A stretch of DNA of 64,000 nt, from positions 207,700,001-207,764,000 of the forward strand of contig OZ024741.1 in the NCBI GenBank assembly GCA_964016885.1, given 5' to 3'. This document shows positions 40,726-57,700 of the stretch, piece by piece. Position numbers and translations under genes: made by a program. The notes below the pieces were generated by a model. It searched no databases, was not told where the DNA came from, and saw only the letters and a program-made list of their open reading frames with translations. Every line of letters starts with the position of its first letter. Positions within the stretch are counted from its first letter, which is position 1. This DNA comes from Eledone cirrhosa. Taxonomy: Eukaryota.

Positions 40726-41091
40726 CAATAATAATAAATTTGAAGACTAAAATCCAAAGAGGGCTCGATAAGGATAAATACACAGAGTATCAGCAATTCC
40801 CGTTAAGGGTGAAAGCAGCGATTCTTTGCTTAAACTTTAATCTGTTATTTTAATAAATATATATATATATATATATACAGACATACGTCTGTGTGTGTGT
40901 GTGTACGTGTGTGTGAGTCTGTATCATTAATTGTGCGTCAGTCTGTGTATCTCCATATGTTACTTAGATTTCGCGTATTTGTTAATCGGCGTCTGTAGAA
41001 AACTATAAATTTTGTTAGATGCTAAGTCATTTTAGAGCTAAACAAAATATATAAATATATAAATATATTCAGCACTCTGGCATCGTTATTA

Positions 41092-41640
41092 AACACACAC
41101 ATACATATATGTAAGCATGTATGTATATATGTGTGCATGCATCTTTGCATGTATGCATATATTTGTGCATATATGTATATATATGTATGTTTGTATATAT
41201 GTATGTATGTTTGTATGTATATACATTATGAATATATGTATGTAAGTATGTATGAATGTTTGGATGTATGTATGTATGTACGTGAGAGTGAATGTAATTT
41301 TGTTTGTACGTGTCTGTATGTGTGTTTATACATGTAACCATAATATGGTTCTTTTATGTACACACACACACTCGTTCGCGCACACTACACACATACATCC
41401 ATATGCGTGTGAGGTTGCGGTGCATATAACACGCTCGAGTGGTGATAACTATGGTTCGCTACACACGTATATGCATGTCGGTACACACGCGGCCTCCACG
41501 TCACACCGCCGCTATCCCTATTCACAACCTCACTGCACCAATCCACACCACGCCGTAGCACTGCACCCTTAAGCTATGTCTATCTGTCTGGTTTGGAGTG
41601 GTTTGGTAGTCCCGTTGGGAGACACATCTTGGTGACACTG

Positions 41641-41674
<34 letters not shown>

Positions 41675-41946
41675 TGTATGTATGTATGTATGTGTGTATG
41701 TATGTGTGTACGTGTGTACGTATGTGTGTATGTGTGTACGTAGGTATGTATGTATGCGTGAATGTGTGTCTGTATGTATGTGTGTATGTATGTTTGTATG
41801 TATGTGTGTATGTATGTATATATATATGCATGTATTTATGAATATATGTATGTGTGTATGTATGTGTGCGTGTGTGCATGTATGTATGCATGTATGTTTG
41901 TATATATGCATGTATGTTTGTATATATGTATGTATGTCTCTATGCA

Positions 41947-41986
<40 letters not shown>

Positions 41987-42003
41987 CGTATATATATATA
42001 TAC

Positions 42004-42089
<86 letters not shown>

Positions 42090-42125
42090 ATGTATGTATG
42101 TATGTATGTTTGTATGTTTGTATGT
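41092..42125. repeat. Degenerate (TATG)n/(TG)n/(TA)n microsatellite region with a short less-repetitive interval (~41340-41640)
   Basis: Read directly; the source of the Y/I/M/C/V-rich spurious ORFs. Confidence 0.9.
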
Positions 42126-42325
42126 TTCGTCTGTCTGTGCGTCTAATATTTCTCATTGTTTCTGTGCTTGTAATTAGCTGGCAAGTTTCTCTGATTGCCG
42201 CCATCTTAATCCACATCGTCATTAACAATGACATCAACAACAACATTATAAAATATCATCATCACCAACAACATCCACAACAACGATATAATCAACAATG
42301 GCATTATCATCATCATCAATAAGGG

Positions 42326-42535
42326 CTGTGGATTGGTAGAATACGTAGAGCGTCGGACACCATGCTTTGCAGCATAGGGTTACGGCCCTTTGAGGTCTGA
42401 GTTCAAATCCCGCCGAGGTTAGCTTTGCCTTTCATCCTTACGAAGTCGATAAAATAAAGTACCAGTAACGTACTGAGTTCGATTTAATCGACTTCCCCTC
42501 CCCTAATTGTTGGCCTTGTGCCTAAATCAAAAACC
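42326..42535 (+). mobile_element. tRNA-derived SINE, long variant
   Basis: GAGTTCAAATCCCGCCGAGGTTAGCTTTGCCTTTCATCC core, an extra TCGATTTAATCGACTTCCCCTCCCC segment, and an (ATC)n tail. Confidence 0.9.
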
Positions 42536-42609
42536 ATTATCATCATCATCATTACCATTAACAAAAACAATTGTAAAAACAATAACATATCAACAACAAC
42601 ATTATTAAA

Positions 42610-42793
42610 TGTTTCTACTTTTGGCACAAGGCCAGCAATTACTCCAGTGCATTACTGGTACTGTATTTTGTCGACCCCGTAAGGATGAAAGGCAGCGTTA
42701 ACTTCGGTGGGATTTGAATTCAGACCGTAAAGAACCGTAATACTGTGCTGCAAAGCATGGTGTCTGGCGCTCTACCGATACTGCCAATCCACC
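42610..42793 (-). mobile_element. tRNA-derived SINE, short variant
   Basis: Reverse complement of the SINE: TGTTTCTACTTTTGGCACAAGGCCAGCAATT-like start to CTACCGATACTGCCAATCCACC. Confidence 0.9.
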
Positions 42794-42899
42794 ACTCATT
42801 AATAACAACAATTACAACAGTAACAACAACAATCATATCATCAACTCCAGTGACAATCGCAGCAACAACAAAATTAGTTGTAAAAACAGCAACAACAAT

Positions 42900-43071
42900 T
42901 GTTTCTACTTTTGGTACAAGGCCAGCAATTGTCCCAGTGCATTACTGGTATTTTATTTTATCGACCCCGTAAGGATAACCTTGGAGGGATTTGAACTCAG
43001 ATCATAAAGGACCGTAACTCTATGCTGCAAAGTATGGCGTCCGAACTTCTACCGATACTGTCAATCCACCG
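42900..43071 (-). mobile_element. tRNA-derived SINE, short variant with a small internal deletion
   Basis: Reverse-strand match to the SINE; lacks GAAAGGCAAAGT. Confidence 0.88.
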
Positions 43072-43077
43072 CCCAAA

Positions 43078-43146
43078 AACAGCAACAATAAGAGCAAAGA
43101 AAACAACACAGCAACAGCAACAGCAACAGCAACAACAACAACAACA

Positions 43147-43189
<43 letters not shown>
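43078..43189. repeat. (CAA/CAG)n then (CT)n(CA)n microsatellites
   Basis: Read directly. Confidence 0.85.
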
Positions 43190-43193
<4 letters not shown>

Positions 43194-43380
43194 CCGTAAC
43201 AACAGTAACAAATCCGGAAAACAAGAAAATCTTTTCAAACAAGATCCATATAATTACGTTGTAGATAATAACGACTACAATATATAGTATATACAATATT
43301 AAGAACAACAGCTAGAAAAGCTATGTTAGCAACAATAACCAGCATAGCAACGTTGATAACAACATCAATAACAAAATAAT

Positions 43381-43585
43381 GGTTTCTCATAGGCACAAGG
43401 TCAGCAATTTTGCGGGAGAGGACAGTTGATTAAATCGACCTAGTGCGTGATTGGTACTTTATTTTAACAACCCCGTAAGGATAAAAGGCAAATTTAACCT
43501 CGGCGTCATTTGAACTCAGATCAAAAAGGGCCGTAACTCTCTGCTGCAAAGCATGGCGTCCGGCCCTCTACCGATACTGCCAATC
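43381..43585 (-). mobile_element. tRNA-derived SINE, long variant
   Basis: GGCACAAGGTCAGCAATTTT...GATTAAATCGACC...TTTGAACTCAG...CTACCGATACTGCCAATC. Confidence 0.88.
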
Positions 43586-43605
43586 AAGAACCGCGTCAAC
43601 ATCAA

Positions 43606-43790
43606 TGATTTCTAACGTAGGCACATGGCCAACAATTTTAGGGGGTGGGATTATATTGACCCCTGTGCGTTACTGGTACTTTTTTTATCGACCCTGTGAG
43701 GATGAAAGGCAAAGCTAACTTCAGAAAATAAAGGGCCGCGACTCTTTGCTGCAAAGCAAGTTGTCCGACATTCTACCGATACGGCCAATC
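43606..43790 (-). mobile_element. tRNA-derived SINE, diverged long variant with a deletion near the B box
   Basis: GGCACATGGCCAACAATTTT...TCGACCCTGTGAGGATGAAAGGCAAAGCTAAC...CTACCGATACGGCCAATC. Confidence 0.85.
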
Positions 43791-44002
43791 AACAACAAAA
43801 CGTTATTCATGGTAATATGAACCTTAATAACATTGAAAACAACAACACTAATTATAGCAGCAATATGGATTACATCAACATTAATAACAACAATAGCAAA
43901 ACAATTACAGCAACACTATTGATGTCTGTGTGGTATAACCGAAACATCAGTAAGGACATGTGATAGAACACAACTAATCCTGGCGAAGACCTTGTCTCTT
44001 AG

Positions 44003-44230
44003 AGGCTTTGTGAGGTCAACCAAAGTGATGTCGAGTGGTTGTCTTTGCTCTCTACATTTCTCTTGTAATTGTCGAAGGAAAAAGATTATACGATTGTTGA
44101 GCTTACTGACATGTACTCACACTGGAACACAAGATATACCGTTTTGGCGATTTCCCTAAAGTCTGTTCAGGACCATGTAGCCGAAAACCGTATCAACGTG
44201 GTTCAGCAAACAGATTCCCTTGTAGCTTTT
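44003..44230 (-). mobile_element. Decayed RTE-clade LINE reverse-transcriptase fragment
   Basis: Manual minus-strand translation across frameshifts gives SYKGICLLNHVDTVFGYMVLNRL* / EIAKTVYLVFQCEYMSVSSTI / IFFLRQLQEKCREQRQPLDITLVDLTKP. This matches the RTE/BovB-type RT motifs NYRGISLL...QCGFR..RST.D.IF.LRQLQEKCREQ..PL...F.DL.KAFD. Confidence 0.85.
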
Positions 44231-44772
44231 GCCCTAATTCATGTCTAGCGGTACTACATCTTTTTTATAACACTGGCACAATAGTTTGTTCCTAACAGCT
44301 ACAGTTTCCTGGGTAATGTGATGGTTGTGTTATAGTAGTGTAGCACGCTTTAGCTCGAGGACAGTAAGGAACTTACTTGAACTAGCATAAAACAAGCTTT
44401 CTATAATTTAGGCAGCATAAAATCACTCACCTTCTCCAGAAATCGTCCGCCCAAAGACGTATTGTCTCTGTTTTCTGCCTTTTCTACTGCTGCTACAATG
44501 GTCTCTTCTCTTTGGATCCGGCTAAGCTCGGGCCACCAACTCTACACCGGGTCTCCAAACACACTAATCTTACTTTCTCTCGTCTACCATATTATAGACC
44601 CCCCTCCATACTATTCATTGTGCCAAACCCCGCCCCAAACGCCAGGAATAAATCTCTTCTGCTTCATATTTTACCTGCAGCTATGAACTTGCAAGTGAAC
44701 AATCCGGAGCATTAACCACGTCAATCTTACCAGCCTCAGAAGTCTTACGAAGGCTGGAGGCGCAGATCCTTC

Positions 44773-44773
<1 letters not shown>

Positions 44774-44808
<35 letters not shown>

Positions 44809-44890
44809 TATCATCAAAGTCATCATCATCATCATCATTATCATTATCATCATCATCATCATCATCGTCATCGTCCTCATTGCCGTCATC
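44774..44890. repeat. (TCA)n microsatellite
   Basis: Read directly. Confidence 0.95.
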
Positions 44891-44970
44891 GTTAACGTTC
44901 TTCTTCAGATTTGAAATAACGCCGAAGTCAACTTCGTGGTCAATAAATAAAGTACTAGTCCAATATTGGA

Positions 44971-45240
44971 TCTTCTTCTTCTTCTTCTTCTTCTTCTTCT
45001 TCTTCTTCTTCTTCTTCTTCTTCTTCTTCTTCTTCTTCTTCTTCTTCTTCTTCTTCTTCTTCTTCTTCTTCTTCTTCTTCTTCTTCTTCTTCTTCTTCTT
45101 CTTCTTCTTCTCCTTCTTCTTCTCCTCCTCCTCCTCCTCCCCCTCCTACTACCCCCTCCTCATCCTCATCCTCCTGCTCCTCATCCCATCACCCGCTCCC
45201 CCTCTCTCTCTCTATCTATCTCTCACCCTCTCTCTCCCCC
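44971..45240. repeat. (TTC)n followed by (TCC)n and (TC)n pyrimidine tract
   Basis: Read directly; ~140 bp of perfect TTC. Confidence 0.95.
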
Positions 45241-45649
45241 ACTACCACTATACAATCCTCCTCCTAACACTAGTCACACAACACCAATATTTCCAACCAA
45301 TTTAACTGTCTTTCCTCTCTCTTAACTTTATTTACAACTGGAATTTTTCAATTTCCCCACTGCCATCTTCACTGATAGAGGACATACGGACACACACACA
45401 CATATACACGTCCACACAAAGAGAAAGGGGGGGAGAGAGAGGGGGACAGACGTATACACATACATACACACACAAACACACACACACGTCCACAAAGAGA
45501 GAAGGAGAGAGAGACAGACAGACAAACACACACATACAAACACATACACACACACACGCACACACACAAACACACATTCTCACTCACACACACACATACA
45601 CACACAAACACGTCCACAAACACAAACACACAAACACATGCATAAATAT

Positions 45650-45660
45650 ACACAGAACAC

Positions 45661-45707
<47 letters not shown>

Positions 45708-45710
45708 CAT

Positions 45711-45745
<35 letters not shown>

Positions 45746-48700
45746 CATGACACACATACACAGAACATGACACATATACACAGAACATGACACATATACA
45801 CAGAACATGACACACACACACAGAAAATTACACACACACACACAGAACACGACACACATACACATACACATAACACGATCCACACACACACACACACACA
45901 CACACAGAACACGACACATATACGCAGAACACGACACACTCACACAGAACATAACACACACACAGAACATGACACACACACACAGAACACGACACACGCA
46001 CACAAAACATGACACACACAGAACACGACACATAAACACAGAACACGACACACACGCAGAACATGACACACACACACAGAACACGACACACGCACACAAA
46101 ACATGACACACACACACAGAACACGACACATAAACACAGAACACGACACACACACAGAACATGACACACACACAAACTCTACACACACACAGAACACGAC
46201 CCACAAACACAGAACACGACACACACACAGAACATGACACACACACAAACTCTACACACACACACAGAACACGACCCACAAACACAGAACACGGCACACA
46301 CACAGAGAACATGACACACACACACAGAGAACACGACACACACACACATAGAACACGACACACACACACATATCAAGACACACACACACACAGAACTCGA
46401 CACATATATACAGACCACCACACACAGAACATGACACATATACACATAACATGACACACACACACAGAACATGACACACACACACATAGAACAGGACACA
46501 CACACAGAACACGAGACACACACAGAACATGACACACACACACACAGAACATAACACATACAGAGAACACGACACACACACACATAACATGACACACACA
46601 CACGGAACTTGACACACACACACAGAACACAATACTCGGACAGAACATGACACATACACAAAGAGCATGATACACAGAACACGAGGCACACACACATAAC
46701 ACGACACACACAAACAGAACATGACACATACACACAGAACATGACACACACACACAGAACACGACACACTCACACACAGAACACGACAAACACACACAGA
46801 ATATGACACACACACAGAATATGACACACACACGCACAGAACATGACACTCCCACACATAACATTACACACTCACACAGAACACGCCAGACACACACATA
46901 ACACGACACACAAACACAGAACACGGCACACACATAGAAAACACGACACACACACAGAACACGACACGCACACACACATAACACGTCACACACACACAGA
47001 GCACGACACACACACATAGAACACGCGAGACACACACAGAACAAGGCACATACACACATAACACGACACACACACACATAACAAGACACACACACACAGG
47101 TCACCACCCACACACATATAACACGAAACTTACACACATAACGTGACACACACAAACAGAACACGACACACACACGCAGAACAAGAAACACACACACAGA
47201 ACACGACACACACAGAAGACGCCACACACACACAGAACACGACACATATGCCCAGAAATTGACACACAGACACATAACATGACACAACACACAGAACACG
47301 ACCCACACGCACAGAACACGGCACACACACACGGAACATGACACACACACGAACACGACACACACACACACACACACAGAACACGACACATATACAGAGA
47401 ACATGACACATATACACAGAAATTGACACATATACACGACACACACAAACAGAACACGACACACACAGAGAGAACCCGATACCCACACACACAGAACACG
47501 ACACACACAGAACATGTCACACATACACAGAACACGACACACACACACACACACAGAACACCACACACACACACACACACACAGAACACGACACACACAC
47601 ACAGAACAGGCCACACACACACAGAACATGACACACAGACACAAAACATGACACACACACACAGAACTTGAGACATATACAGAGTACACGGCACACACAC
47701 AGAGAACATGACACACACACACAGAACACGACACATATGCCCAGAGAGTGACACGAAGAGACACTGAACATGACACAAGACACAGAACACGACACACACA
47801 GACCATGACACACACACAGAACACGACACAACACACACAGAACACGACACAACACACACAGAACACGACACATATACACAGATCACGACACACACACAGA
47901 ACACGGCACACACACAGAGAACATCATACACACACAGAGAACACGACACACATATTATGACACACACACATAGAACACGACACACACAGAACAGGACACA
48001 CACACACAGAACACGGCACATACGACGAGAACGTGAGACAGAGACACAGAACATGACACAACACACAGAACATGACACACACACAGAATATGACACACAC
48101 ACACAGAACACGACACATATACACAGAACACGACACATATACACAGAACACGACACACACACACAGAAAACGGCACACACACAGAGAACACAACACACAC
48201 ACAGAGAACACGACACACACACAAAACACGAGACACACAGAATATGACACACACACACAGAACACGACACATATGCTCAAAAAGTGACAAACACACACAG
48301 AACACGACACATATACATAACACAACACACACAACCAGAACACGACACACACACACAGAACATGAAACACACACATAGAACACGACACACACTCACAGAA
48401 CATGACACAACCACACATAACACGACACACACACAGAACACGACACAGATACACAGAACATGACACGCACACACAGAACATGACACACACACAGAACATG
48501 ACACACAAAACACGCCTGACACACACAGAACACGACACATACACACATAACACGACACTCACACACAGAACACGACACACACACAGAACACGACACACAC
48601 ACAGAACACGACACACACACAGAACACAACACACACACACACACACAGAAAACGACACACACACAGAACACGACACACACACAGAACACAACACACACAC

Positions 48701-51700
48701 AGAACACGTCAGACGCACACAGAGCACGACACATATACACATAACACGACACACACACACAGAACATGACACACACACAAAACACGCCTGACACACACAG
48801 AACACGACACATACACACATAACACGACACTCACACACAGAACACGACACACACACAAAACACGACACACACACAGAACACAACACACACACACACAGAA
48901 AACGACACACACACAGAACACGACACACACACAGAACACGACACACACACAGAACACGTCAGACACACACAGAACACGACACATACACACATAACACGAC
49001 ACTCACACACAGAACACGACACACACACAGAACACGACACACACACAGAACACAACACACACACACACAGAAAACGACACACACACAGAACACGACACAC
49101 ACACAGAACACGAAACACACACAGAACACGTCAGACGCACACAGAACACGACACATATACACATAACACGACACACACACACACACAGAACATGACACAT
49201 ATAAACAGAACACGACACACACGCAGAACATGACATACACACAGAACACGACACACACACATACAGAACACAACACACACACAGAACATGACACATATAA
49301 ACAGAACGCGACACACACGCAGAACATGACATACACACAGAACACAACACACACACAGAACATGACACATATAAATAGAACGCGACACACATGCAGAACA
49401 TGACATACACACAGAACACGACACACACACATACAGAACACAACACACACAGAACATGACACATATAAACAGAACACGACACACACCCAGAACATGACAC
49501 ATATAAACAGAACACGACACACACGCAGAACATGACACATATAAACAGAACACGACACACACGCAGAACATGACACGTATAAACAGAACACAACACACAC
49601 GCAGAACATGACACATATAAACAGAAGACGACACACACACAGAACATGACACATATAAACAGAACACGACACACACACAGAACATGACACATATAAACAG
49701 AACACGACACACACGCAGAACATGACACATATAAACAGAACACAACACACACGCAGAACATGACACATATAAACAGAACGCGACACACACACAGAACACG
49801 ACACATATAAACAGAACACGACACACACGCAGAACATGACACATATAAACAGAACACGAGACACACACAGAACATGACACATATAAACAGAACACGACAC
49901 ACACACAGAACATGACACATATAAACAGAACACGACACACACACAGAACATGACACATATAAACAGAACACGACACACACACAGAACATGACACATATAA
50001 ACAGAACACGAAACACACACAGAACATGACACATATAAACAGAACACGACACACACACAGAACATGACACATATAAACAGAACACGACACACACACAGAA
50101 CATGACACATATAAACAGAACACGAGACACACACAGAACATGACACATATAAACAGAACACGAGACACACACAGAACATGACACATATAAACAGAACACG
50201 ACACACACACAGAACATGACACATATAAACAGAACACGACACACACACAGAACATGACACATATAAACAGAACACGAGACACACACAGAACATGAAACAT
50301 ATAAACAGAACACGAGACACACACAGAACATGACACATATAAACAGAACACGACACACACACAGAACATGACACATATAAACAGAACACGACACACACAC
50401 AGAACATGACACATATAAACAGAACACGACACACACACAGAACATGACACATATAAACAGAACACGAGACACACACAGAACATGACACATATAAACAGAA
50501 CACGAGACACACACAGAACATGACACATATAAACAGAACACGACACACACACAGAACATGACACATATAAACAGAACACGACACACACACAGAACATGAC
50601 ACATATAAACAGAACACGACACACACGCAGAACATGACACATATAAACAGAACACAACACACACACAGAACATGACACACACACAGAACACGACACACAC
50701 ACAGAACACGTCAGACGCACACAGAACACGACACATATACACATAACACGACACACACAACCAGAAAACGACACACACACACAGAACATGACACACCCAC
50801 ACATAACACGACACACACACACACACAGAACATGACACACACACACATACACATAACACGACACACACACAGACACACACAGATACACAGAATATTACAC
50901 ATGAACACAGAACACGACACACACACACAGAACATGACACACCGACACAGAAAATTACACACACACACACACACAACATGACACACACACACATACACAT
51001 AACACGACACACACACAGACACACACAGAACACGACACATATACGCAGAACACGACACACTCACCCAGAACATAACGCACACACAGAACATGACACACAT
51101 ACACACACACAGAATACGACACATATACACAGAACACGATACACACACACAGAACATGACACACACACACAGAACATTACACACACACAGAGAACACGAC
51201 ACATACACAGAACATGACTCACACAGAGAACACGACACACACAGAGAACACGACACACACACAGAACACGACATACACACAGAACACGACACACACACAT
51301 ACAGAACACAACACACACACAGAACATGACACATATAAACAGAACGCGACACACACGCAGAACATGACATACACACAGAACACGACACACACACATCCAG
51401 AACACAACACACACACAGAACATGACACATATAAACAGAACGCGACACACACGCAGAACATGACATACACACAGAACACGACACACACACATACAGAACA
51501 CAACACACACACAGAACATGACACATATAAATAGAACGCGACACTCACGCAGAACATGACATACACACAGAACACGACACACACACATACAGAACACAAC
51601 ACACACACAGAACATGACAAATATAAACAGAACACGACACACACGCAGAACATGACACATATAAACAGAACACGACACACACGCAGAACATGACACATAT

Positions 51701-54700
51701 AAACAGAACACGACACACACGCAGAACATGACATATATAAACAGAACACAACACACACGCAGAACATGACACATATAAACAGAAGACGACACACACACAG
51801 AACATGACACATATAAACAGAACACGACACACACGCAGAACATGACACATATAAACAGAACACGACACACACGCAGAACATGACACATATAAACAGAACA
51901 CAACACACACGCAGAACATGACACATATAAACAGAACGCGACACACACACAGAACATGACACATATAAACAGAACACGACACACACGCAGAACATGACAC
52001 ATATGAACAGAACACGAGACACACACAGAACATGACACATATAAACAGAACACGACACACACACAGAACATGACACATATAAACAGAACACGACACACAC
52101 ACAGAACATGACACATATAAACAGAACACGAGACACACACAGAACATGACACATATAAACAGAACACGAGACACACACAGAACATGACACATATAAACAG
52201 AACACGACACACACACAGAACATGACACATATAAACAGAACACGACACACACACAGAACATAACACATATAAACAGAACACGAGACACACACAGAACATG
52301 AAACATATAAACAGAACACGAGACACACACAGAACACGACACACACACAGAACATGACACATATAAACAGAACACGACACACACACAGAACATGACACAT
52401 ATAAACAGAACACGAGACACACAGAGAACATGACACATATAAACAGAACACGAGACACACACAGAACATGACACATATAAACAGAACACGACACACACAC
52501 AGAACATGACACATATAAACAGAACACGACACACACACAGAACATGACACATATAAACAGAACACGACACACACACAGAACATGACACATATAAACAGAA
52601 CACGACACACACGCAGAACATGACACATATAAACAGAACACAACACACACACAGAACATGACACATATAAACAGAACACAACACACACGCAGAACATGAC
52701 ACATATAAACAGAAGACGACACACACACAGAACATGACACATATAAACAGAACACGACACACACACAGAATATGACACATATAAACAGAACACGACACAC
52801 ACACAGAACATGACACATATAAACAGAACACGACACACACACAGAACATGACACATATAAACAGAACACGACACACACACAGAACATGACACATATAAAC
52901 AGAACACGAGACACACACAGAACATGACACATATAAACAGAACACGAGACACACACAGAACATGACACATATAAACAGAACACGACACACACACAGAACA
53001 TGACACATATAAACAGAACACGAAACACACACAGAACATGACACATATAAACAGAACACGAGACACACAGAACATGAAACATATAAACAGAACACGAGAC
53101 ACACACAGAACATGACACATATAAACAGAACACGACACACCCACAGAACATGACACATATAAACAGAACACGACACACACACAGAACATGACACATATAA
53201 ACAGAACACGACGCACACACAGAACATGACACATATAAACAGAACACGAGACACACACAGAACATGACACATATAAAGAGAACACGACACACACACAGAA
53301 CATGACACATATAAACAGAACACGACACACACACAGAACATGACACATATAAACAGAACACGACACACACGCAGAACATGACACATATAAACAGAACACA
53401 ACACACACACAGAACATGACACACACACAAACAAAACACGCCTGACACACACAGAACACGACACATACACACATAACACGACACTCACACACAGAACACG
53501 ACACACACACAGAACACGACACACACACAGAACACAACACACACACACACAGAAAACGACACACACACAGAACACGACACACACACAGAACACGACACAC
53601 ACACAGAACACGTCAGACGCACACAGAACACGACACATATACACATAACACGACACACACAACCAGAAAACGACACACACACACAGAACATGACACACCC
53701 ACACATAACACGACACACACACACACACAGAACATGACACACACACACATACACTTAACACGACACACACACAGACACACACAGATACACAGAATATTAC
53801 ACATGAACACAGAACACGACACACACACACAGAACATGACACACCGACACAGAAAATTACACACACACACACACACAACATGACACACACACACATACAC
53901 ATAACACGACACACACACAGACACACACAGAACACGACACATATACGCAGAACACGACACACTCACCCAGAACATAACGCACACACAGAACATGACACAC
54001 ATACACACACACAGAATACGACACATATACACAGAACACGATACACACACACAGAACATGACACACGCACACAGAACATTACACACACACAGAGAACACG
54101 CCACACACACAGAACATGACTCACACAGAGAACACGACACACACAGAGAACACGACACACACACAGAACACGACATTCACACAGAACACGACACACACAC
54201 ATACAGAACCCAACACACACACACAACATGACACATATAAACAGAACACGACACACACACAGAACATGACACATATAAACAGAACGCGACACACACGCAG
54301 AACATGACATACACACAGATAACGACACACACACATACAGAACACAAGACACACACAGAACATGACACATATAAACAGAACGCGACACACACGCAGAACA
54401 TGACATACACACAGAACACGACACACACACATACAGAACACAACACACACACAGAACATGACACATATAAACAGAACGCGACACACACGCAGAACATGAC
54501 ATACACACAGAACACGACACACACACATACAGAACACAACACACACGCAGAACATGACACATATAAATAGAACGCGACACACACGCAGAACATGACATAC
54601 ACACAGAACACGACACACACACATACAGAACACAACACACACACAGAACATGACACATATAAACAGAACGCGACACACACGCAGAACATGACATACACAC

Positions 54701-57700
54701 AGAACACGACACACACACATACAGAACACAACACACACACAGAACATGACACATATAAATAGAACGCGACACACACGCAGAACATGACATACACACAGAA
54801 CACGACACACACACATACAGAACACAACACACACACAGAACATGACACATATAAACAGAACGCGACACACACGCAGAACATGACATACACACAGAACACG
54901 ACACACACACATACAGAACACAACACACACACAGTACATGACACATATAAACAGAACACGACACACTCGCAGAATATGACATACACACAGAACACGACAC
55001 ACACACATACAGAACACAACACACACACAGAACATGATACATATAAATAGAACGCGACACACACGCAGAACATGACATACACACAGAACACGACACACAC
55101 ACATACAGAACACAACACACACACACAGAACATGACACATATAAACAGAACACGACACACACGCAGAACATGACACATATAAACAGAAGACAACACACAC
55201 GCAGAACATGACACATATAAACAGAAGACGACACACACGCAGAACATGACACATATAAACAGAACGCGACACACACGCAGAACATGACATACACACAGAA
55301 CACGACACACACACATACAGAACACAACACACACACAGAACATGACACATATAAACAGAACGCGACACACACGCAGAACATGACATACACACAGAACACG
55401 ACACACACACATACAGAACACAACACACACACAGTACATGACACATATAAACAGAACACGACACACTCGCAGAATATGACATACACACAGAATACGACAC
55501 ACACATATACAGAACACAACACACACACAGAGCATGACACATATAAACAGAACGCGACACACACGCAGAACATGACATACACACAGAACACGACACACAC
55601 ACATACAGAACACAACACACACACAGAACATGACACATATAAACAGAACGCGACACACACGCAGAATATGACATACACACAGAACACGACACACACACAT
55701 ACAGAACACAACACACACACAGAACATGACACATATAAACAGAACGCGACACACACGCAGAACATGACCTTCACACAGAACACGACACACACACATACAG
55801 AACACAACACACACACAGAACATGACACATATAAATAGAACGCGACACACACGCACAACATGACATACACACAGAACACGACACACACACATACAGAACA
55901 CAACACACACACAGAACATGACACATATAAACAGAACGCGACACACACGCAGAACATGACATACACACAGAACACGACACACACACATACAGAACACAAC
56001 ACACACACAGAACATGACACATATAAACAGAACGCGACACACACGCAGAACATGACATACACACAGAACACGACACACACACATACAGAACACAACACAC
56101 ACACAGAACATGACACATATAAATAGAACGCGACACACACGCAGAACATGACATACACACAGAAAACGACACACACACATACAGAACACAACACACACAC
56201 AGAACATGACACATATAAATAGAACGCGACACACACGCAGAACATGACATACACACAGAACACGACACACACACATACAGAACACAACACACACACACAG
56301 AACATGACACATATAAACAGAACATGACACACACGCAGAACATGACACATATAAACAGAAGACAACACACACGCAGAACATGACACATATAAACAGAAGA
56401 CGACACACACGCAGAACATGACACATATAAACAGAACACAACACACACACAGAACATGACACATATAAACAGAACACGACACACACACAGAACATGACAC
56501 ATAAACAGAACACGACACACACGCAGAACATGACACATATAAACAGAACACAACACACACGCAGAACATGACACATATAAACAGAACACAACACACACGC
56601 AGAACACGACACATATAAACAGAACATGTCACATATACACAGAAAACGACACACACACACAGAACATGACGCACACACAGAACACGACACACACACAGAA
56701 CATGACACATATAAATAGAACACGACACACACGCAGAACATGACACATATAAACAGAACACGACACACACGCAGAACATGACACATATAAACAGAACACA
56801 ACACACACGCAGAACATGACACATAAACAGAACACGACACACACGCAGAACATGACACATATAAACAGAACACAACACACACGAAGAACATGACACATAT
56901 AAACAGAAGACGACACACACGCAGAACATGACACATATAAACAGAACACAACACACACACAGAACATGACACATATAAACAGAACACAACACACACGCAG
57001 AACATGACACATATAAACAGAACACAACACACAGGCAGAACATGACAATATAAACAGAACACGACACACACGCAGAACACGACACATATAAACAGAACAT
57101 GTCACATATACACAGAAAACGACACACACACACAGAACATGACGCACACACAGAACACGACTCACACACAGTACACGACACATAGAACATGACACACACA
57201 CAGAACTCAACACACACCCACAGAACACGACACAGATACACAGAACACGACACACACACACAGAACATGACACACGGACACAGAAAATTACACACACACA
57301 CACAGAACACGACACACACACACATAGACAGAACACGACACACATATAACATGACACAAACACACAGAACACGACTCACACACAGAACACGTCACACACA
57401 CAGAGAACATGACACATATACACAGAACACGACAGACACACAGAGAATACGACACACACTCACACAACAAGACACACACACACAGAACACGACTTACACA
57501 AAAGACGACACATATACACAGAGAAGTACACACACACACAGAACACGACACACACACAGAACATGACACACACACACAGAACACGACACACACAGAACAC
57601 GACACACACACACAGAACACGACACACACAGAACACGACACACACACACACATAACAAGTCACATATACACAGAACACGACACACACACACAGAACATGG

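Noticed and set aside
44425-44545. Possible minus-strand exon ending at a perfect donor AAG|GTGAGT (44431/44430), reading ...LSRIQREETIVAAVEKAENRDNTSLGGRFLEK
   Set aside because: No convincing acceptor or polypyrimidine tract, an upstream in-frame stop, and no recognisable protein. RNA-seq would be needed.
44671-45325. Poly-M/D, poly-F and poly-L ORFs
   Set aside because: Trinucleotide microsatellite translations.
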